From Lingula anatina (lineage: Eukaryota > Animalia > Brachiopoda), in NCBI GenBank assembly GCA_051362555.1, contig CM120643.1, positions 13,862,644 through 13,926,643 on the forward strand: 64,000 bases of DNA, in the 5' to 3' direction. Made by a program: the position numbers and the translations under genes. The notes beneath the pieces are model-generated. The model was given only the letters and a program-made list of their open reading frames with translations. It had not been told where the DNA came from and searched no databases. How positions within the stretch are numbered: position 1 is the stretch's first letter; every line of letters starts with the position of its first letter. Positions 33,401 to 47,817 of the stretch are shown here, piece after piece.

Positions 33401-36299
33401 TCTAAAGAATGTGGATTTTTATGATGAAAACTTCTGTTTTCAAATTTTAGAAATCACTACATCTGCTCAGTATATGCCAGCCAGATCATGGTGCCAAGAA
33501 AAGAAGGACTTATTGTGAATATTTCGTCTGCTGGAGGCTTGTCATATCTTTTCAATGTGGCCTATGGCATTGGCAAGGAAGCGGTGAGACTACATTTCTT
33601 CTTTTGGAAGGGTATCAGAACAAGAATTTGATAGTAGGGGCATCTATTATCAATTTTTCTGTGCATTTTTATGAGTTGATTTTTCGTGATGTCTCCAAGA
33701 AAAAAAATTATTTATTTGTACAAGTCTATGGCTTATCATATTAAACTCAAAATATTTGTGATCCGCAAAATAAACACAAAAACACAGTGATACAGTTGCC
33801 CCCATACATACAGGCATGTACACCCTTTTAAAAGAGTTACATATTTACTTTTGATAAGAAGTAGGAAATTGGCTTAAACAAAGCTCTTTAAAACTGTGAT
33901 GTATATTTGGATAAGTTCATGTTTATTGTTTTCAAATTCAAAATCAGATCAATTTTATGTGGCACTTATAATGTACAATATTATACGTTATACATGTTAA
34001 ATTTTAGTGTGACCGTATGGCAGCAGATTGTGCGATTGAGCTACGAAAACATAAAGTTGCCTTTGTCAGCTTGTGGCCTGGTGCTGTCCAGACGGAACAT
34101 ATTACCAAAATGATGGCCTCAGAAAAAGGAAATTATGTGAAACTGCCTGGAATCAAACCTGAAGTTGTATGTCATAAATGGTTTCTTAATTATTAATGAT
34201 TACATAATGCTATTTAAGGTTACACTGCATGTTTATCGTAAGTTTCTTGATATAGTAATTTATGTTTTTGTAATGCAAAGAATATATGCATGAAGATACC
34301 TGGGGTAAGCTTTAATTTGTATGTACATTTGTGCTTAATATGTTATTAGCCCCCTTCTTCCTCCTTCTTGGAAATTTTTATTTGTGTTTTCTTTCATGAA
34401 TTCTGTATTTTTGTACTAGGTGAAGAAGATTTTTGAAAATGGGGAAACGCCTCAGTTTGCAGGGATGTGCATTGCCAAGCTGGCATCAGGTACTGTACAT
34501 AGAGAATAGCAGGTGCCATCTTTTTGATTTATTTGGCTGAAATATATAAGTTCTAAAAGTGAGTCATGCCCCTAATAAGTAACTTTCTATAACAGTTTTT
34601 TATTTGTCCTGTGCAACTTAGTGTTCATGGCTGTTTCCTTGTTATTTTTATGACATTAATATTTGCACGACATTCTCTTCACACACATGGGTAAACAAAC
34701 ACACACACACTGCTCAATACACTCATGTAGTGCATTTTTGCAGTACAAGTAGCCAAATACTTCTTTGACAAATATTTTACCAAATATTTCTACTGTTCAT
34801 GTATTTAATTTTCAAAAAAAGAAATGGATAAATAAGAGAGTAACAAGTAAAAAAGCATTATGTAGAAAGCTGGGCAGCTTATTGAACAAAGTATAATGTA
34901 CAACTTAATTAATTACTACTAAATATCTGAATAAATATGGGTTGCTTTTCAGATCCAAATATCATGCAGAAGACTGGGAAAGTGTTGATGACATCAGATC
35001 TTGCTAATGAATATGATTTAACAGATGTTAATGGTAAGTTGGCTGAGAGATTTGTTGATTACAAGTTGTTTTCATCTGCACTGTTTATGTATAAAGCACA
35101 GTGTTCTCATAAATCGAAAAAAAAAAAAAAAACAACATTTGATATAATTCATATTAAGTGTTCAGGTACAGTCCTTTTACAAGAATAAATTAATTATAAT
35201 GTGTGAGGGAAACTGTTTTAACTGTCTTGAAAGACAGCTTTGAATCAGATGCCCTAAAATTAATAAATCAAATCTATTTACTCCATTGACTGCGAGTGAT
35301 GTCCATCTATCAGTCCCTCAGTCCTCTAGAATTGAAGGAACACTTGTATCAAACATTGTGTCAGCTGTCTGCACCACTGATAGTCATGTGTAGGGACTTG
35401 GGTCTTAAAAGAGCGCTCCCCATTACATTCAGCACTTTTGTCTGCCCTTTTCCTTCTCTGTCTAGATAGATAGATAGATAATTTATTCCAACATGAACAG
35501 AAAGTAGAAAGTATTGTTACAAACCCAGAATATACTGATACACTGTATAAACAATCAGCATAGCAAAAACAAATTCATAATTATACTCAAGTTGGCCAAG
35601 TCATTATGGCCTTAAAACATGCTAATAAAACCATATAACACAATGTTAGCATTACGAAAAGACCTGCCTCTCTAAAGATTTTCTACCGAGCTAAAATTTA
35701 ACGCAGGATATTCCTTGTATAAATGTCTGAGATGTTTAGATCCTGATAAATCTCCATACAATGCAGCCTTACAATTTTGAGACACACACATCTTTTCTTT
35801 ACAGTTCACTTAGTCAGTTTCCTCACAATTATTGTGCTGCAAAATACCATTTAGGGTATTTGAATGCATTTTTATTGGCCTGCTTACAGGTAGTCCAGGT
35901 ATATAAAAATGGGTCATCACGTACCTCTTGTTGTTCAAGAGCCTTTACCATGAATTTATGCTGAGTTGTTTTCATGCGGGCTTCTGCACTACATAAACCA
36001 AGCTCATCTCTTTTCCCACTTTTCTTCTCCAACCATGGTCAACACAGACAGTTTCATGGAGGATAGCGTGCCATTTTGATTTTTGCAAATCCAAAATAGG
36101 AGTATCATGTTCAAGTTGAAAATGTATAAGAATCATAGGTTTTAAGCAATTTATTGTTATTGTAGGGAGAAAACCATTGGGCATGCGTTCTGTCAAGACC
36201 TTATTGAATTACAACGGGAACACTTGGCTTGCCGCTGTAGTACCCAGGTTCCTCAAGGTGCCTCTTTGGATGGTGGCCTTGAGAGGAAAGAAGTTGTGA
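30482..36299 (+). CDS. DHRS1: DHRS1-like SDR, paralog C (324 aa)
   Basis: Exons 30482-30593, 31009-31070, 31641-31784, 33194-33273, 33451-33583, 34008-34166, 34420-34489, 34953-35033, 36166-36299; exon sizes identical to paralog B. YGIGK; ends RGKKL-TGA. Confidence 0.95.
31844..32511 (+). mobile_element. Non-autonomous TIR element with RecQ-like helicase fragment (Academ/AcademH-like)
   Basis: ~75-bp TIR, ATGTCACC target duplication (9 bp GATGTCACC in the alternative register); 32215-32304 reads QFEALHHYLLRDDVICLLPTGYGKTLIFSL. Confidence 0.8.
32643..32866 (-). mobile_element. 5'-truncated LINE (RTE-like) 3' fragment
   Basis: TAAGGCTATT 10-bp target duplication, (GAA)n tail on the minus strand, degenerate RGR...MFD...YG.IK...W C-terminal peptide. 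Confidence 0.65.
35463..35990 (-). mobile_element. Probable decayed LINE 3' fragment (CR1/L2-like)
   Basis: Minus strand ends AATAAA + (TATC)n tail; broken peptide QHKFMVKALEQQEVRDDPFLYTW upstream. Confidence 0.4.
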
Positions 36300-38353
36300 A
36301 TTACGGTATCAAACTAAAGACAGGAGCCTAGATCAACACATCACATGTTTTGACAGCTTCCATAGGGTACTGTATGGCATGGTATTTAGCCTAGATCCCC
36401 AGGGCACTCTATCATATATTTAGACAGAACCCACACGGGAGTCTGTTTATATATTTAGACTAGATTTAGACTAGAATGGAAAGCTAAAAACCATTGACTG
36501 GGCTTGTTTGACTCTATAAAGTGTGATGATGTACTTGCCAGAAAGTTTTTATTATCCAAAGAAAAATATGGAATCTTGCACTGCAATAATTACTCCAGCA
36601 ATGATTGTAATATTAACAAGCAAATTAAGGTCAGTTTCTTTGTTATTTATAAGTTGACACAATGAGTATTAGCCACTTTGATTTGCCAGTTGTGTAATAT
36701 AAAAGGTTGACTTCAAACATACTTTTAAATAAGAAGCATGTGATGCTTATTATGTGATACTTTGATATATTTGACGTCACATGTGTGATATTTTTACCTT
36801 GAAACCTTTCAAGTAATTAACTTTATACAAATATCATTAGTGCCCGAGTGAAATGAGTATTTTCTGAGTACCACGTCAGTATTGAAGAAAATTTTGGTCA
36901 GACTACAGTTCAAGATGAATCCATTGTTGTCAACTTTAGTGAAGTATTGGTCTGACACATTAGCCAAGTCTTTCATGATATACAGTGTAAAACAGAAGCA
37001 ACATTCCATTTATTACAATAGAACTGATACTGATTTACATAGGTCAGCATTAGCTTAACTTTTGATTGGATTTGAATTTGATTATGTACATTTTTTGTTC
37101 CAAAGTAGAAAATTATGCCATGAATATCTCATGAAAAATCAATCTGCGGCCCTGGTATATGTAAAGGGTAAATCAGATATGTCATTTGGAAATTGGATGT
37201 ATATGCATGACAACTGTTTATGTGTATTATAACATATTTTAAGAGAGGAATGGGAGGACTTGAAAAGAAAGTTGAGAATTTAAGAAATGCACAAATTTTA
37301 AACGATCTGTTCAACAGCACAATAAGGCAATGAATGTCAGAAATGTACTTAAATTGTTTAGTCTGGTTGTGAAATTAAATCTTGTATGAAATACGACCAT
37401 TCAAATCTTGTTATATCTGAAACAAAAGTATGAAAAAATGTTTCCACCTCCTGGCAAGACTAAAATCTATAAAATTGATGTTACATGTATGTTATATTAA
37501 ATACCACACGTAACTGGTTCTGTGGACTCTCATTATAAAATTTCTTTTTTTAACACCTTTTAAAAATCTTTATTAACAATAAAATACACATGTAGATTTT
37601 TTCTCTCTAGAGTAAATAGGCTATTTGATTATGAAAAATCTTGAGATCAACTGATCATTAAACACTTAATACCTCGATGAGGTGCTATTCAGGAAAATAT
37701 TCCAGATTATAATTTTCAAATTTTGCTAAATTAAAACAAGCAAAAAAGTGAGCTACCAATAGTTGTAAATTATAAATAGGTGGATGCTATTGAATTAATG
37801 TTTAATGTAAAATTGGATACATATTTATATTTGAATAAAACATACAATCCGTAGGGCAGTGAAATGGCTTTTCTGATCTGTACAATACAACTTTTTGTTG
37901 CAGAAATAGATACAGATAAAGATGTGTAAACTAATTGTTCACGAATATTTTTTAAAAAATTTGTCAATACATAAAAAAATTGCCAATATTTGTGAAAACT
38001 GCACAGAATGTAGAAGATGCATCTAATTCCTAATATTTTTCTAATTATGTGGAAAAAAAGAGATAAACTCTATACTTAAACATCTTAAGATAATTATGTA
38101 TCTCCCCATCCTCGTGTCCAAATTAATGTTCAATATTTTACATTTTTGAGCCTAACTGAGATGCCGATTTTATGTAAAATGTCACCTTCCCTAAGAACCA
38201 TCAAGGGTTCCAGCTTTCATTTACAAACATTTTACCCATCGTCAAAAAATTTCATTGTCTATAAAAGAATGGATAAAAAATATAAGGGAGCTAAGAAAAA
38301 AGATGATGTCCAAACAATGCACTGATATCATTATGATGAAAATATATTATTTC

Positions 38354-40735
38354 CTAAAACTGGTCATCTTGGGTCATTGGTCTTATTTTCATGGTCACTC
38401 TCTTGAGGTATATAGGGTCTTTCTTTCCTTGGTACCACATGCTCCATCCATTAAGCGGTGCATTGGTACCGTAGTTATACCACCAGCCACCTCCATAGGC
38501 ATTAGCATTATTCCCTCCAGCCCAGCCATCATTATCGTGATCTTTCGTCGTGAAGGCTTGACCGTTGGAAACATACTGCATGTTGTTTATGTTCAGGGCA
38601 TCAGGTAAAGATCCGTGGAATTTACCCACATGAAGTTCGTAGTTGTCTTCCTCAGTGCCAATAGAGAAGTTCTTGTATTCGGCAAAGTACCATGTGAAGT
38701 CATGCGATATCATATCAATATGGATTTTGTAGTCCTGGTGTTTTGTCAACTGATGAATAATGTCATTGCCAAGCCAAAAGTCTCCATCTTCCTTAACATT
38801 GCCAAAGCCAGTTTTGTACTCATCCCAATTGCGATCAAAATCTACGCCACCTTCGTCAGTCTTGTGTTGAATGAGTGTCCATCCCTCCTGGCATATCACA
38901 GTGATGGGGTCAAGGTTGTCTCCAAGGTAAATTGTCTGGACAGGATTAAGCCTCTGTTTGATGAAACAAATCTCGGAGCAGTCTGAAAGTACAATAATGT
39001 TGCCCAAATGAAATTATGTAGTTAACGTGAAATTGCTTCAGTCTGCCATTTTGATAATGTCTTTAGGCTGCTCATTTAGGTAAAAATACATACTATAAAC
39101 TACCATAAGACACCACTGTGCAATTTGTTTGTATAAAATTATTTTAACATGAAAAAGTAATGTAAACTGCAAATTCCATATAATGTTGATATGCAGTTCT
39201 TTTTATTAAATTCAGAGTACAGAAAGGGTAAAGTAAGACTGAAGCATGTAAAAATATTATACCACTTAGGATATTGAATAATGAACTGTGAGAAAAGCAG
39301 CAAATTTGGTAAATTCTTATTTTGACATACGCAGATGTACATTGAATTTTTGTTGTTAGCTATGACTGATGAAACTGAAAATTAATTTCATTACAACACT
39401 TTCATTAACGAATTCTGGTTTCACGTGAGTCATAATGTTAGCAAGACCGTATTCTTTGTTGCGTTAGGTGGAAGATCTGTGCAATGATTCAACACAAACT
39501 CAACCAACAGCAATGGACACAAGCACTGTTCAATCCCTATGGTTACATGTTCTGTTATACCAGGTTGCCTGTGTTAGGGTTAATTTATGCAAACATTTTT
39601 GGAATTTCATAAAGAAAAAAAATGTCAGAGTTCACCACAAAAGGTTAAGTCAACTGAAATTGCCAAAAATTGTGTTGCAAGTAAAGTGCAGAAACGTAAT
39701 TGTGAAGGGCATTTGAAAATAAATTAATATTGCACCAAGAAATTAGGAACTTTTATAGGATAGAAACTTTCCAAGTTATACCAAATGGTTTTCAAACGTT
39801 TTTTTCTTATCTTAGTGACAGAAAACCAGATTTTGTTTTTTTAATGTATTGAGTGGTGAATGAATAGTGATTAGGACCTAAAATAACAGCTGCATCAACA
39901 CCACTATTTTTTTAAGTGCAACCAGTTTTATATTCTAGTATTTTAATGACGAAAAGTTTGTACATATTAGACTATAATGACATCAATTTAACCAAAATAT
40001 TTGTGTCAGAGCTTTTGACCTGAGAAGATTTCCAGCAATTTGATATTAGAAAACTGCTTCAGTTTACAAAGATAATAGTATTCATTTCATTTTGAGTTGA
40101 AGGAACTGGTAGTTTCTGAATGTAGTGGAAGGTGAGACAAAATTTTAAGCATCTTTTCTACTCCACCAAAATAATTACCTGCTCCAACCTAAACCATGTG
40201 CTTGAATACAAGCAAAGATGAAACTAAATACTTAGAAAACTCTTTTCTTTATGCATGATCTCATTGCTAATATTTGAGATACTATCTTTTTTCATATTAA
40301 TAAATTTTGGCATGTTATCTTATTTGTGGATTAAAAGCTTTGTCAGTAAATTATATAAACTTTATTTGCAGGTGTCATTTTGGATTTCACAATGGCCAGT
40401 CTGTTACTTTTTTAAATAAAAACTTACTTAGATTCAGTTGTTTAAATTAAGATGGTTTATTTAGTATTACTATAATTATTTGAAAACACAGTGCATATGA
40501 GGGAAAATGACATATTTTTTCTCTCACCAAATCTACTACAAGTTGATTAAATTAATGGAAAGGAAAAATATTTTAAGTATCCACTATAATCAGATTCATC
40601 TGTCCTCATTTTGGAAAGTTTTAAGTATTCTCATAAATGCATTAAGAGAGGTATTGATTTGCTTCTTGATCTTATTAATGATATCAGTCAGATTTGATAA
40701 TGGGATATAATAAAGATTATCTTTCAGTTACGTAA

Positions 40736-40783
<48 letters not shown>

Positions 40784-42407
40784 AGCTTGAGGAGAACTAT
40801 TTAGACTGACCACTAGCCTACCTTTTATCCCTTTTATTTAGACTGGGACAGTGCAGGGGTATAGAAATGTTTAGTATAAGTTCTCCAGCCCTGAATAGAC
40901 CATTCAAAGGCTCATCCACATGATTATTGTTTCACCATATCTAACACAGGAAATGAAACTAAATATGAATAGGACCAGGTGATAGAAATAAAGGGACGAT
41001 GTGTTAACTGGACAGTAACTCACCTTTTGGTTTATTTGGCCACAGACAGTGCAACCATTTGGTAAAGTTTAGGACGCTTTCTCTAACCTGACCGGTCTGA
41101 TTGCCAATTAGTTCCACCAGCAGGGGCGCTGTGGAATCAAGCCATTTATCTTCCAAAATGCTCTCAATAACCTTATAGGTGCTGTTATGATAAGCTAGCT
41201 TGGTAAACCCTCTGGAAATTAAATTCTCTAAATCGGTTTGATTGCTGCGGATGAGCTCTAAAGTGTCTCTGGTGTTGCTCACAGTGTTTTCCAGGTTCTG
41301 GACACGGCTGTGTATTTGCTGTGTTAAATTATAATTGCTTGCCATGAACTGGAGAAGGTTCCCCAGTTGTTTTGCTGCAAACAATTCATACGATAGATCT
41401 GTAGGGATTTGGTTGATGGTATTTATAAAAGGGTACTTGTCGTCTTTTTGTATTTCGTTATGGAGGTAGGGTTCAAAGTCATCATTGTCCTTGTCATTTG
41501 ACGATTCCTCTTTCACATCAGTCAACAGACTTGGTTGTAAAATGTTATTGGTCATTTCTTCAAATTTTTTACCCATGGCCTGGAATTGAGACAACGACCT
41601 TGATTTGAGTTGACAGTGTGATTCTAATTGGGCTGCTTTGATCTTGAGACTCTTGCACCCTTCGCTCTCATTCCTGTACTGCTCCCAAACTTGCACAAGT
41701 TGTTGGTCGCAGTGGGCGGAATTCTCCCTGCACTGTTGCAGAGTCTCGATGTTTGCAAAAGTCTCTGATTCAAGATGGGCTATTTTTTCATTGGCCACCA
41801 TAAGCTGATAATCCAGTTGCATCACCTCAGCAGATAAATTGACATTTTTGTTTTTAGATTCCAGCAGTTGCTCCTGCAAGCTAGACACCTGATTAGTATA
41901 CATTGCCCTATCGTCTTCAAATTTCATCTGTGAGGTCTCGTACCTTGTCTCCCAGTGATGTTTTTCTGAGTAGAGTTCATCACGAACTTTTAGCAATGAT
42001 TTGGTCTGATTTAGATTTTCTTCTTCACACTGAATTTTTTCCCTGGTTAACTCCTCCACTCTTTCTTCCAGTTTTGATATTTTCTGCAGCCAGTCCACAC
42101 GTTCACGTAGTATTGAATTTTCTAATTTCAAAACTCTAGCAATCTCCCTCTGTAAATTTTGCTGCTGCTTTAAACTGCTATAATGAGCCTGGAGCTGATA
42201 CAAATGCTGTAAAAATTTAGTGTCTGTGCATATCCCAGTCCTGTCCTTTTCCAGTAGAATCCTATGTGAGCAGTACTCTGTCCTTTCCCTGGTTTTTGTC
42301 CTATTTTCCACACCCCCGCATGGTGGTAATAGACAGAGGGTGGCAGCCATTAAAACTACCACCTTGAAAAGCATCTTAATTCCCAGCACAGGTTTTTTGT
42401 AACCCAT
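38354..42407 (-). CDS. Secreted coiled-coil + fibrinogen C-terminal domain protein (angiopoietin-like / FReD), ~660-670 aa
   Basis: Exons 41024-42407 and 38354-38982 joined by a phase-1 GT-AG intron (PK-D-CSEI). Signal-like MLFKVVVLMAATLCLLPPCGG, heptad-rich region, FBG motifs GWTLIQ, FDRNWDEYKTGFG, FWLGN, FTTKDHDND, GGWWY, MKIRP. Confidence 0.92.
40734..40783. repeat. (AAAT)n microsatellite
   Basis: About 12 tandem AAAT units. Confidence 0.9.
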
Positions 42408-44750
42408 TCTGCTGATGTTTCTACCAGGGCTTCTGGGTTTTTTTGTTAGATCTTCATTTAAATCCTCCTCGCAGCACCATCAAGTGCCAGAGTCCCTGTA
42501 TCCTTTTCTATAGGCCTGTTGATTGATTGGACACCCTTCCAATAGGCAAATTCAAACCAGGAGTCTGCTTAACTCTCTCAGCAATTACTTGTAATGTGGT
42601 GAGGTAGAGGTCTATCCCTAGTCTGTCTGTCTGTGCATTCTACCATGTGTTAAGGCAATGTCAACTTTGGGCATTTGCCACCAATGAGGAACATACACTC
42701 TGAAAGGTCACACCCATATTGCAGCTTCCAATCAAACAGTTATAGCCCACGACCGGCCTCATAATTGAAGGGAGGTGAGCGATCCAAATGAAAAATTAAA
42801 TGCTTCTGTATTTACTGGTGGATGCATTTAAAGATAAAGATTAGTCAAGGTGGTGACGGTGGAAGAAGAGGGTAAATTTTTTACTTCTTTTTTTCTTAGC
42901 TCAGTCATTAATAAAAATGTGGTTTGTTGTTTGAATGACAATTTTAAAGAAATAAAAAGATTGAAAATTTTGAAGGATTGTGTTTGAATTTAAAGATGGC
43001 TCACTAAATGATGAAAAGAGAGAAAGGCAAGTTTTGACTTTAATGTTTTCTTGTTAGCTCAAACATACAGCTTATAGACAGCATAGAAGCCCAGCCCCAT
43101 ACGTAAATTGCATGTTCTGCAGCATACATGAAAGAAAAAGAAAATGAGGCTACATAAATGTGTTTTCAAGATAAAGATCACTCACTGTGCTAAAGGCGAG
43201 GAAAGCATGTTTTTGTCTGCTTTTTTTCCTACGATTAACTGATGTAACGTCAAAAGTTGATTTGAAGATGGAGCTGGGCCCACCCCTGCATGCCTTAGAG
43301 GGGATACAAGAAGAATACAGAAAAATCTTAGAGAATGTGACAGTTTTACAAAGTAGGTAAATATCTAATCACAAAGAGCTGTGGTGGGAACCTGATAGCA
43401 TAAATGCAGCACATAGTGTTTTTTTGACTGATTTATACAGCTCAAATATGATTAACAGACGCCTCAAGATCTCTTCTGCTTAGTAATAATTTGATTTTAA
43501 GTCAGCATGATAACTTCCCAAATAGTTTTAGTCAATGTGGCACAATATGTAAAAACCCCAACCATTTCCTGGATGAAATGGCAGAGATTTGCAGGAACAT
43601 TTCCACTCAGTACTGAGTTAATTGTTATCTTTATCTGGTCATAATTTTCAATCAAAATACACAAGTTGGGGACTCTACATCCAAACACAGTTAATTAGTA
43701 TTCCTTCTTGTGAATACCTGAGTAGTTGTCTGGTATAATTTTGTATGATACATTGTGGGGCACTTTCATATTATACTGAGGCCCTGTGATGTGTTTTGTT
43801 ATAACTCTGTATGAAGTTACGTTACATGTACCATGCACAAACATAAATCATCTGACATTTAAGACTATCTTTTTAGAGATACAAATCTGGGACTTGATTT
43901 CTTTCCATGAGGGTGGGAAGAGTGGGATCTGTGCTTTATTTTTTCTAGATGGATACAGTCAAGGTTTTGGCGAAAGCACAGCAGGATATGTCCTACATAT
44001 TTCCCAAATTCTGGAGAAAGAAAATCATCAAATAAACAATAAAATTGTCCAAATTCTTGGAATTAAGCATTAAAGTACATTTCACACTTCACAATGTGTT
44101 TTCCTCTCATAAGAACAATCTGTTCTCTCATTGAAACAAGCCCTTATGGCTTTAATGTGTCTACTAGAGTTTGAAAAATGTTTTCCCTGCAATTTTACAG
44201 TGAAATTTAAAGAAAATTTTTGGGTGTTGATTAGGGGCTGATTATAAGCACAGCATTTCCTTGGCAAAAACGACTTCATACATGCATAATCCCTCATAGT
44301 TCCCTTCCGTTCCCTCAATTTAGTGCATCCTTACCTTTGATAAAGGTTAACTCACGCTAATTATCAGTTTATTAAAAAATGCTGGACCCACCCTTCCAAG
44401 TAGAGTGCACACAATATATTACACTTTTAAAGTTACTTATTGAGGTTAAGAGTTGGCATTTTAACTCATTTCCCCCTTGCTACTGGAGATCACTTTGTTG
44501 TGGTACCTTTAAGTGAAAGTAAGTGCTCCAACACATGGCGCTATATGGGTGAGTAATAGGTTACATCATGTTACTAAATTGGTGTTGAAATTGCTGTGGC
44601 TAATAATCTGGTAATAAACGTTAAGGGACGTTCTTCAGTGATGCATGCATTTGTACTCAATCAAGTTGTAATAAATGTTATAACAGGCGCCCAAGTTAAT
44701 CCCCCACTGGTTTACAGGTAGCAGTCCCTGCCCAGGTAGAGATTGCGGTA

Positions 44751-45016
44751 GACTTTTGTTCCCATAAACCCATTTACTGGCAGCATCGACCTAACTCTGC
44801 AGAGCTTCTGGCTAAAGTGTTTTCAGTCTAATAAGCTTAATTGTTTGGCATGCCCCCTTGACTAACTAGGGGGTAATTGGTTATCATTAATTACCCCCTA
44901 GCAGCTTCAGTAGGCGTGGCAGACATTTAAGCTGGTTACACAGAATGCAATTAAGTGAGAATCCCTGCAAAGTCAGATCGATCCTGATAGTATGACGGGC
45001 TTATGGGAACGCTCCC
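44751..45016. mobile_element. Fold-back MITE family 2 relative
   Basis: GTTCCCATAAACCC...GGGCTTATGGGAAC arms; central CTAGGGGGTAATT/AATTACCCCCTAG; similar to 24692-24958. Confidence 0.7.
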
Positions 45017-47561
45017 TAAGGCCTACACTGGCTCTACACAGTGGTGGATGTCTACTTGCTTTTAAACTTAATTGGAAGTGAGGTTGCTGTAGCCTTCCCT
45101 CAAGACTCCAAACGCAGTTACTTCCAGGTGGTAGTATACATGTAGATGTTTACTAGCTTTTAAACCTAACTGAGTCTTTAAACCCTCCATTAACTTTTTA
45201 TTGTGTAATCTGACCACATACTGATGTCATCTGGATTGTGTCTGTCTGGACATAGATTCTGAGGAGATACAAGAAAAGACTGGAGCAGCATTGCAATGCT
45301 CTTCAGGGTGCCTTGTACCCATCTTTGCAGACTGCTAGTTGATGCATTTCACTGGCAAGATGCCAGCTATTCAGCATTATTTCCAACTACATATATACAC
45401 CCCTTTCTCCCACTGATATCAAATTAGGATGAGTTTGAATAAAATCAAGTCAATCCCAGTCCAGCTTTGGTCTCCCTGAGTCATCATGTCAGCTAAATAT
45501 ACTTCATTTTACCTTCTCCAATATATTTCAGAAACTTCAAAAAAAGTCTAATAAACTATGACCAGATTATTCAAGTAAGTGCAATGACCAGATTAATAAA
45601 CCAATTGATTAACAATTGATTTTTTTTTGTCAGTTTTATTTCCAGACCTTTATTACCTCCACCCCTCCCTTCAAGGGAAAGGATCATACAAGTCAATTGA
45701 ATTACCCAGACAACTTGCACTGAGTATAGCCTGATAACAGACTACAGACTTGAAATCCCTTGAAATGTTTTTGGTCAATCTTTATGCCTGAACCTACCTG
45801 CAGGTAAAAGCATACTGTATTTGATTCCCCCTTTATGTTGAAGACATGTTCACAAATATGTAGCATATGGAAGAATGTTGATCAAGGAGTAATTGCTCTA
45901 GTTTTATAAATCAAATGAACTGAGCTATTGTAATTTCCAAGAGAAAATTAACTTCTTTAATCTTAAGGAACTTGCAGGCCCTCAGAGAAAAAACTTTGAT
46001 TGGTTAAAACAGCCTTGCAGTATTCAAGACAGAATCTGAAAATTAAGCCAAGAGAATTTTTACTCATTCTTCAAAGACCAGTAGCAGAATTTGATGTATT
46101 TTCATTTATGTGTCAAAATGTTGAAGGGTTAACATAAAGAAAGTCATAAAGAAAAGCATTACCTCAGTTTCTAAGTTATAGCTTGTATAAATCACAAAAA
46201 GAGGATGTAAAGGGTTGGTGTTAGTTTTCTGACCAGATGGCAGAAAATGGTCATGTGGTCACCCCTGGGGGGAGGGGGGGGATTGATCCCTGGCTGAGTC
46301 ATATCAAATACCATAAATTAAAAAATGTTGATGGCACTGTCTTCTCTCAAAGCTCTCTAAGGCTTGTAGAATAGACCCTGTGCCCAGTAATGCATGGCCG
46401 TACATATCTTTTTAGTTATATTTAGTTAAGCTAAAAATATTTAGTTTAGAATGTTAAGCAATTAAATTAAACATAGTTTAGTAATCTTTTTTACTTGGTT
46501 TGGTTCATATAAAGAATGCTTGCAACCAAAAGAAAAACCAAGAAATTAGTATACCTATCAAAGTCTCAAAATTATGGGTGGTAATGTTTTGGAAGTCAAG
46601 ACCGACAACATCTATATTTTTCATTTTCTTTTTCCGACAGGACCATCTGCAGGCAAGAAGGATCTGTTACGTGTCAGCTGCATTATATTTAGATTTTATC
46701 TATATAATTGGACTGCTTCTGCTGCTATTCAATTACTACAATAACTTTTTACTGGATGACTTTAAAACCCTATCGGCAAGTGCAATTTTCTGTTTTTTTT
46801 TTTTTCAGCAAAGTCATCTGAGGTTTGCTTATTATGTGGGACAGCTCTTTGGAATATCTATTTAGTTAACAGACAGAACAGATGAAAATTCAAAAACCTT
46901 TTGAAAATATAAATATCAGAAGAGCAAAAGGTGATACATGGGTTGACTGCAACTGAATGACAAAGTGTATCAAACAAAATAGCAGAGACTAAAAAGCAAA
47001 AGATATTTCTCCTTTTGAGTTTTTTTAAACAAGGGCTGCCAGGTGCTGTAATCAATAGGCATCATGTTTCAAAACATCTAAAGAATATACAGGAATTTTT
47101 TAAGGTCAAAAAGGCAAGGGGTGACAAAGTATTTTATAGGCTTACCGACTTTAAGATCGATCTTTTAAAAGATTCAAATAATTTTGAGTGAACGTCATAA
47201 AGGTATCAAAGAAAAACATCAGAGACATATGTTTTAATAGTCGTATTTTCCTGCCAACTGTACCAGTAGCTCTCCCACTTTACTTTAATAAATTCCTGTG
47301 GTACTAAATAATGTGAAGATTAATTCACAGGGTCTGACCCTGTCTCCCATATTAACCTCACAGGAAAAGTAAAATATGTGATAAGGACAGCTTGCAATTA
47401 ATGGCCGGATGCAAAGTTTTCTAACGGCAAGTCATAGAGTTAGAATGATTAACAGTTTCTTTTAGATGTATTTATAGGGGCCATTCGTAGTTCTGTTATA
47501 CTGTGTCAATACTTTATTTAAAAAGAATATTAGTCACGTTTATTGTTCTTTATTGTTCCAT

Positions 47562-47817
47562 GACCCCATTCCTATACCTTGATCAATCTAACAGAATCGA
47601 CCCATCTCAGAGGGGTTTCTCGCTAAATTGTCTTAAGCTGAAGTGGCTTAGATGTCTGGCATGCCTATTGGAGCCACTAAAAGATAGTTAATTACCCCCT
47701 AACAGCTTCAGTAGGTGTGTCAGACATCAGAGCCACTTAAGCTGAAAGCAATTTAGCGAGAAACCCCTTGAAGATGGGTTGATCCTACTAGATCGATCTA
47801 GGTATAGGAATGGGGTC
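47562..47817. mobile_element. Fold-back MITE family 2 relative
   Basis: ~29-bp TIR GACCCCATTCCTATACCT.GATC.ATCTA and the shared core AGTTAATTACCCCCTAACAGCTTCAGTAGG. Confidence 0.75.

Noticed and set aside
38255-38986. Plus-strand ORFs of 117 and 123 aa
   Set aside because: Antisense shadows of the fibrinogen-domain exon.
40841-40925. Plus-strand relic resembling an FBG N-terminal segment
   Set aside because: Stops in the spliced frame; similarity too weak.
46620-46830. Two putative plus-strand microexons after strong pyrimidine tracts
   Set aside because: No host gene or coherent reading frame could be assembled.
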